64,000 bases of DNA from NCBI RefSeq assembly GCF_038025025.1, contig NW_027117338.1, forward strand, positions 496,001 through 560,000, read 5' to 3'. The stretch is from Phyllosticta citribraziliensis. Lineage: Eukaryota. The notes under the pieces were generated by a model. That model was not told the origin of the DNA. It saw only the letters and a program-made list of their open reading frames with translations, and did no database searches. Below are positions 59,400-64,000 of this stretch, piece after piece. The position numbers and the translations under genes were made by a program. Numbering within the stretch: position 1 is the stretch's first letter; each line of letters starts with the position of its first letter.

Positions 59400-60048
59400 T
59401 TAGGACGTGTCGTCGTGGTAGAATTTGCGCAACACCTTCTCAACGTCCTTGAACTCTTGCTTGGCCTGCGCAATGATCTTGGTCAGGCGCTCGAGGCAGA
59501 CCTTGTCGTCCGGCTCGTCGTGGGTACCCGTCTCGTCCTTGTGCGCACCAAAGTGCTGTATCTTTTCGCAGCTGTCCTTGACCTTTGTGAGGCCGAGCGT
59601 GGCGGATGAGCCCTTGAGGAAGTGGCCGAGCTGGGAGAGCTGGTTGAGGTCCTTTTTTTCACTATGACGCGAGAAGAGGAGATGACGCGTCAGCGTGGGG
59701 GACAAGGGAGGGAAAAGGGAAAAGAAGAAGGGGAAAAAAAAAAAAAAAAAAAAAGGGAGGGGGTCCTCACAGGCTGGTTTCCATCTTCTCAAAGGTGCTG
59801 TCGGCTTGCTGGAAAAAGTCAAAGACGATGCTCTTGCTGAACTCGCGCTCCTCCTCGTCGTCATCCATTTCGAGAATCTGCTCAAAGGTTGCCGTGTCGA
59901 TGGCATCGCCAGCTTCGGGCAGGCCAGTGGAGCCCTCCTCGCTCTGTCGGGTCATTGCTGGTCAGCCGTGGAAACGAAGGCGAGAAGATGGCGGATAAAA
60001 CGGTCGGGGTCCTACTTTGTCCTCGGGATGATCGGTCGCCCGAGCCAT
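59400..60048 (-). CDS. YPD1: Histidine phosphotransfer (HPt) protein
   Basis: TFEQILEMDDDEEEREFSKSIV..FFQQA; LSQLGHFLKGSSATLGL..CEKIQHFG. Two introns, the second with a long poly-T tract. Confidence 0.95.
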
Positions 60049-60747
60049 GTCTATGATGTAGGGGGATGTGATTCGCGCGTCCTTTGTGCGGGAGGTCGTC
60101 GCGTGGCGGGGGTGGGATGAGAACGGCGGGTGGGCGACAGGAGCGGCAATGGGGTGAGGTCAGAGTCTTGGAAGCGAGACAGAGACAGGAAGGATTTTGA
60201 AATGGGCGGAGGAGTGGGTGGCTGGTTGGTTATGGCGTGGTGGACGGGGGCGGGCGGTGGGCGGTGGGCGGCGGGCGGCGGGCGGCGGGCGGCGGGGCAC
60301 GGGCACAGGGCAGGCGATGGGTGGAAAGGGAAGGTAGAGGTGGGAAGGGAAATGGAGATTGTAGAACCCGAGGTCGAGGTCGAGGTCGCGGTCGAGGTCG
60401 GGGCGAGGCAGGCAGAGGCTGGCTGGCTGGCTGGCGGGCGGGCGGGGAGGGGGAGCAAAGACAGCAGACAGACAAAATGACCGCGCAACGGGCCGACGAG
60501 TTGCTTGAGGTGAGCGGGCGAGGGATGAGGATGGAGGAAATTTTGTGGTGCCGGTTGGTCGAGAGGTGGACCGTGAGCAAGGTGAACAATGGGCACCAGG
60601 GCAGCACGCACCTCAGCACCAGCATGCGGTGGGTGGAGGGGAAGGGCGCGGCGGGCGGGAGGGAGGGCAGTGCGTGAGCTGGTGAGGTGTGCTTAGGGAG
60701 GGAGGGGTGGGGATCCAGGTTCAGGCGCCGACTCTGTCACTCACAAC

Positions 60748-60818
60748 CCTCTCTCTCGCGCCCTCTCTCTCTCGCTCTCTCGCTCTCTCGCTCTCTCGCT
60801 CTCTCGCTCTCTCTCTCA
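60748..60818. repeat. (CT)/(CTCTCTCG)-type low-complexity tract upstream of YPD1
   Basis: Read directly from the sequence. Confidence 0.85.
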
Positions 60819-62586
60819 GCGGTTGACTTTGGCCGTCATGTGCCATCCCGGCGCCGCATCCCGTCGTCGCCGGCCATGACGCTATCCATGGCGACATGAC
60901 CACGGGGAGCATTCCCAGCCAGTCCGCCGGCCAGCCATGAGCCCAAGCCTCTTCACGGCTTCGTCTAGACGGCCACTAGCAACATCTAGACCTCGACGAC
61001 TGGTTGATATAGCTCACGGGCTGATGGGCCTAACCTGACGTCGGGTCCGCATGGTGACGTATTTGGGCAGGGCAGGGCAGGGGCCAGTGGAATACCTTAC
61101 GTAGCCAGTGTAATGTGAAAGTGGCTGTTTTGCTCCCCGCTCCCGCATCTGAGTGTCCGTTGGGCGATCTTTCCTCGCTTTTGTCGCCGGCTCCCGAGCC
61201 CCGACCGCCCGGCACCCCCCTCTCCCCCCCCGCCCGCCTCGGCTGACCACTCTTCTTTGGCTTCTTCTCCCCTTCCACTGCAGCACCTGCACTGCACCAC
61301 CTCGGAATCGCCATTGATGCGCTCCATCAACCGCCAGCTTCGATCGATTCTCAACGAGAGAGCCTCAATCTACCCCCCTCGACTGGGAGCCTCCCTGTCC
61401 CCGAGCCCTACATTTTCGGCTACCTTTTTTTTCTCATTGGCCTTCACATGGCTTGCATTTTTTTAAGCTTTCACCCAACAAGCGACGGCCTGTCCGTACG
61501 TCGTCATAGACTGTGCAACTTGTCCGTGGGAATACGAAGACTCGACGAGGCGGCAGGGGCCAGGCCTTTGAATAGTCATCACAGCTGTCACGAATTAAAC
61601 TTGGCCACCACCGCGCAGCAGAGACTGCAATGCTGCGGATGCTTCGCAAACTGACTGACTCCATGTACCTACTCGTACAATCATCTGCGGCCCGCGTGGC
61701 AGCTGACTGCCTTTCCAGGTCCTCTACCGACACCCCTGCATCCCATCCCCAGTCCCTTGGCCCTGGTTTCCTCGATGCCCGCCTCATTGCAACAACAGCT
61801 GCCGGAAAAAAAACTGCTCCCATCCCGGACATGCTTCTCACCCCATCTTCTCCTCCGCCGTCACCGCTCCTCAACATCCCACCCACGCTGCACTGCATCC
61901 ATCCACATGGCCGGTTCTGCACAGCCTCCTGCTCATCCAATCTGCACCTCCAAATGACGTCGCCCAAAACACGCTTCCAGCTTCCTCTTGCGTCCCGCCC
62001 AGCATGACACTCGGTACTCGACCCACTCCTCTGGAAAGCCCATAGCCCTCTGAAACGGCAAAACCCAGCATCCCGCGCCACAATCACGGGAGATGCGCTT
62101 TCGGGAGCCAATCTTCCCGCCCACCAGCCTTGTACTTGCCGTTTCCTCTGGGGAAAAAAGAAAAGAAAAAGAAAAAAAAAAAAAAAAAAAAACGGGTTGT
62201 CGTCGCCTAATGCTGGGGGTTTCCGGCATCACTGCCCAATCTGGAGCCAATCCCGACCATGCGAACCCTTCCAAGATTCTACCAAGAGATTTGATCTGCA
62301 GCTTTGGCTTTGCTGCTGCTTTCTGGAGCGCTCCATGGGGCGGCATGCGCTTTGTGATGGATTTCTCATTGTTGACCAAGAACTCCAGGCTGCCAGATTC
62401 CTCGACTGTCCACTGAGGTGGCCACAGCACCGAGTCGGCGCTCTGGATGGTGAATTTGTTATGCCGGAACTTTTCAAGCCGAACACTTGAAGATTAGTCT
62501 TGAGGGGCACCTGCTCCCTTCTATGCCGCCTCCCTCCGCTCTGAAGACGCGGACGAGATGATCGTGACCTCCTGGCAATATGAGTG

Positions 62587-62701
62587 CACTTGGGGAGCAT
62601 TCATCTGCTACTTCAGTCACGCTTAAGGAGCATTCATTTACTACTACAACCACACTTAGGGAGCATCCGTTCACTGCTGCATCTCGACTTGGGGAGTCTC
62701 C
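62587..62701 (-). repeat. 33-bp tandem repeat (~3.5 units), inverted member of the family seen at 2.9, 5.6 and 7.0 kb
   Basis: GGAGCATTC at 62594 and 62627, GGAGCATCC at 62660 and GGAGTCTCC at 62693, each exactly 33 bp apart. The reverse complement of unit 1, tgactgaagtagcagatgaatgctccccaagtg, matches 6966 tgactgtggtagcgcacgaaagctccctctgcg. Confidence 0.85.
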
Positions 62702-63277
62702 TTTCTTTCTACACCCACTGTGCTGCAACTAAACAGCGCATCGGATTCTTTCCTCTACATGGTTTGACTGAAATGATTAAATACTTCTCTGTGGTTATTG
62801 GGCGCGCACCGACTACTATTTGCACACTGACCCATTCATCAGCCTTGCTGAATTCCTGTGGGTGAAATGGTATTTACGCGCTGGGTAAGAGTACTGAGCA
62901 AAGAAAGCTGAACGTGATGGTATTTCAGTTCATTTTGCATGATGCAAGGCCAGATTTGATGTTCAAAGACCGAATCATCACCGGTAGGTCAATGCCACCA
63001 CCGAAAACGCTGCTGGCTGTCGGCAATTGACGGCTGAGACCGAGGGAGAAACCAATTCTCCGGGACCGACGGATGGTCTGTGCGCGCTGGACCCTTCTGG
63101 CACCTGCATGTGGCAAGTCGAATGACGCTCTTCAACTTGTCAACTCTACGCCACCGATCTCGCTCTCCAAAAGCAATCAACCTTCAGTCAACCTCTCGAC
63201 CCACGCGCACAAAAGACTGCATTATTTCTTCGCCTCTGACAAACCGAGTTTGGCCGCAAGCGATTTGCAACATCACC

Positions 63278-63709
63278 ATGCCCTCCATCATCAAGCCTCA
63301 GTTCTTCGCCCGCCGCTGCTTCACAACCAGCCTGCGCGCACGCTCAACACCACCGCCCTTCCGCACCGCACCCGGCCCGGAGCGACTCCCGCAAGAAGAG
63401 CAAGAGATCTTTGAAGAGCTCCAGCGACGCTCCACGGGCGCCTTTAGCACCCCCCGAGCTACGCCCGTCGTCAACCAATCTCCTCAAGCTTCATCGTCGG
63501 CCGATCAGGCAGACAGTCGCGACAAATACCAAATCAGTGCGGAAGGTGAAGGCGAGGAACTGCACCCCGATGTCCGGAGAGGAGCACAGCCTGAGTTCGA
63601 GGGTGACGTCAATCCAAAGACGGGAGAGGTGGGCGGTCCCAAAAACGAGCCGCTCAGGTGGGGAGCTCAGGGAGATTGGAGCTTCAACGGCAGGGTTACG
63701 GATTTCTAG
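63278..63709 (+). CDS. SDH8: Succinate dehydrogenase assembly factor 4 (DUF1674)
   Basis: Mitochondrial presequence MPSIIKPQFFARRCFTTSLRARS; PGPERLPQEEQEIFE; EFEGDVNPKTGEVGGPKNEPLRWG..GDWSFNGRVTDF. Confidence 0.92.
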   Translation: MPSIIKPQFFARRCFTTSLRARSTPPPFRTAPGPERLPQEEQEIFEELQRRSTGAFSTPRATPVVNQSPQASSSADQADSRDKYQISAEGEGEELHPDVRRGAQPEFEGDVNPKTGEVGGPKNEPLRWGAQGDWSFNGRVTDF

Positions 63710-64000
63710 ATGAGATTTGAAGAGAAGGAATCTACAAATTTCTACTCGGGTTCGGTATACCGGTCAACGTTGGCGTGGGATGTTCGGGAGCCCAGGATGG
63801 CTGCATCATATTGTCCAGCGACGACGCTTGACGTGCGTCTTTGCCGTCATGGCCACCCAGTTTCGAAGTTGGTCAAACATCAATCGCGATAGAGGTGCAG
63901 AAGGCTTAGAGCGGAGACGCGTCCGCGGGGGTGAGGTCAGTTAAGCTAATTGGCCTTCGCATCCTCCAATTCATCGCCGTCACCATCTATCAATTCAACC

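Noticed and set aside
60051..62500. Pro/Gly/Arg-rich ORFs between YPD1 and SDH8
   Set aside because: Low-complexity promoter or 5' UTR sequence with poly-A and CT tracts; no coding signature.

Overview
Intron-containing, gene-dense genomic DNA from a filamentous ascomycete (probably a Dothideomycete; inferred from gene content, short GT/GC-AG introns with CTRAC branch sites and codon usage). About 28 genes. Most are housekeeping: LYS2, a class I mannose-6-phosphate isomerase paralog, an MNN11-like GT34, a probable augmin HAUS4, a DHCR24-like FAD oxidoreductase, a Kelch membrane protein, GET2, MRP49-like, Psg1-like, VPS39, RCC1-like, UTP5, BDF1, RVB1, a 2H phosphoesterase, YPD1 and SDH8. A small accessory-looking enzyme block (VOC, unknown, GNAT, SDR) lies at 38-43 kb. 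The most unusual region is 0.8-7.3 kb. It holds three tandem, highly diverged paralogs of an unrecognised helical protein family with identical intron positions and stop- or frameshift-interrupted tails. Each paralog is followed by a 33-bp-period repeat with core GAA(T/A)GCTCC, and that repeat recurs inverted at 62.6 kb. Also notable: a secreted Alt a 1-like protein with a ~220-aa insertion containing a Kex2 site, and a PMI paralog with a remodelled phosphate-binding site. Gene models were spliced by eye and family names come from remembered motifs, not database searches. No tRNA, rRNA, CRISPR array or intact transposon was recognised.
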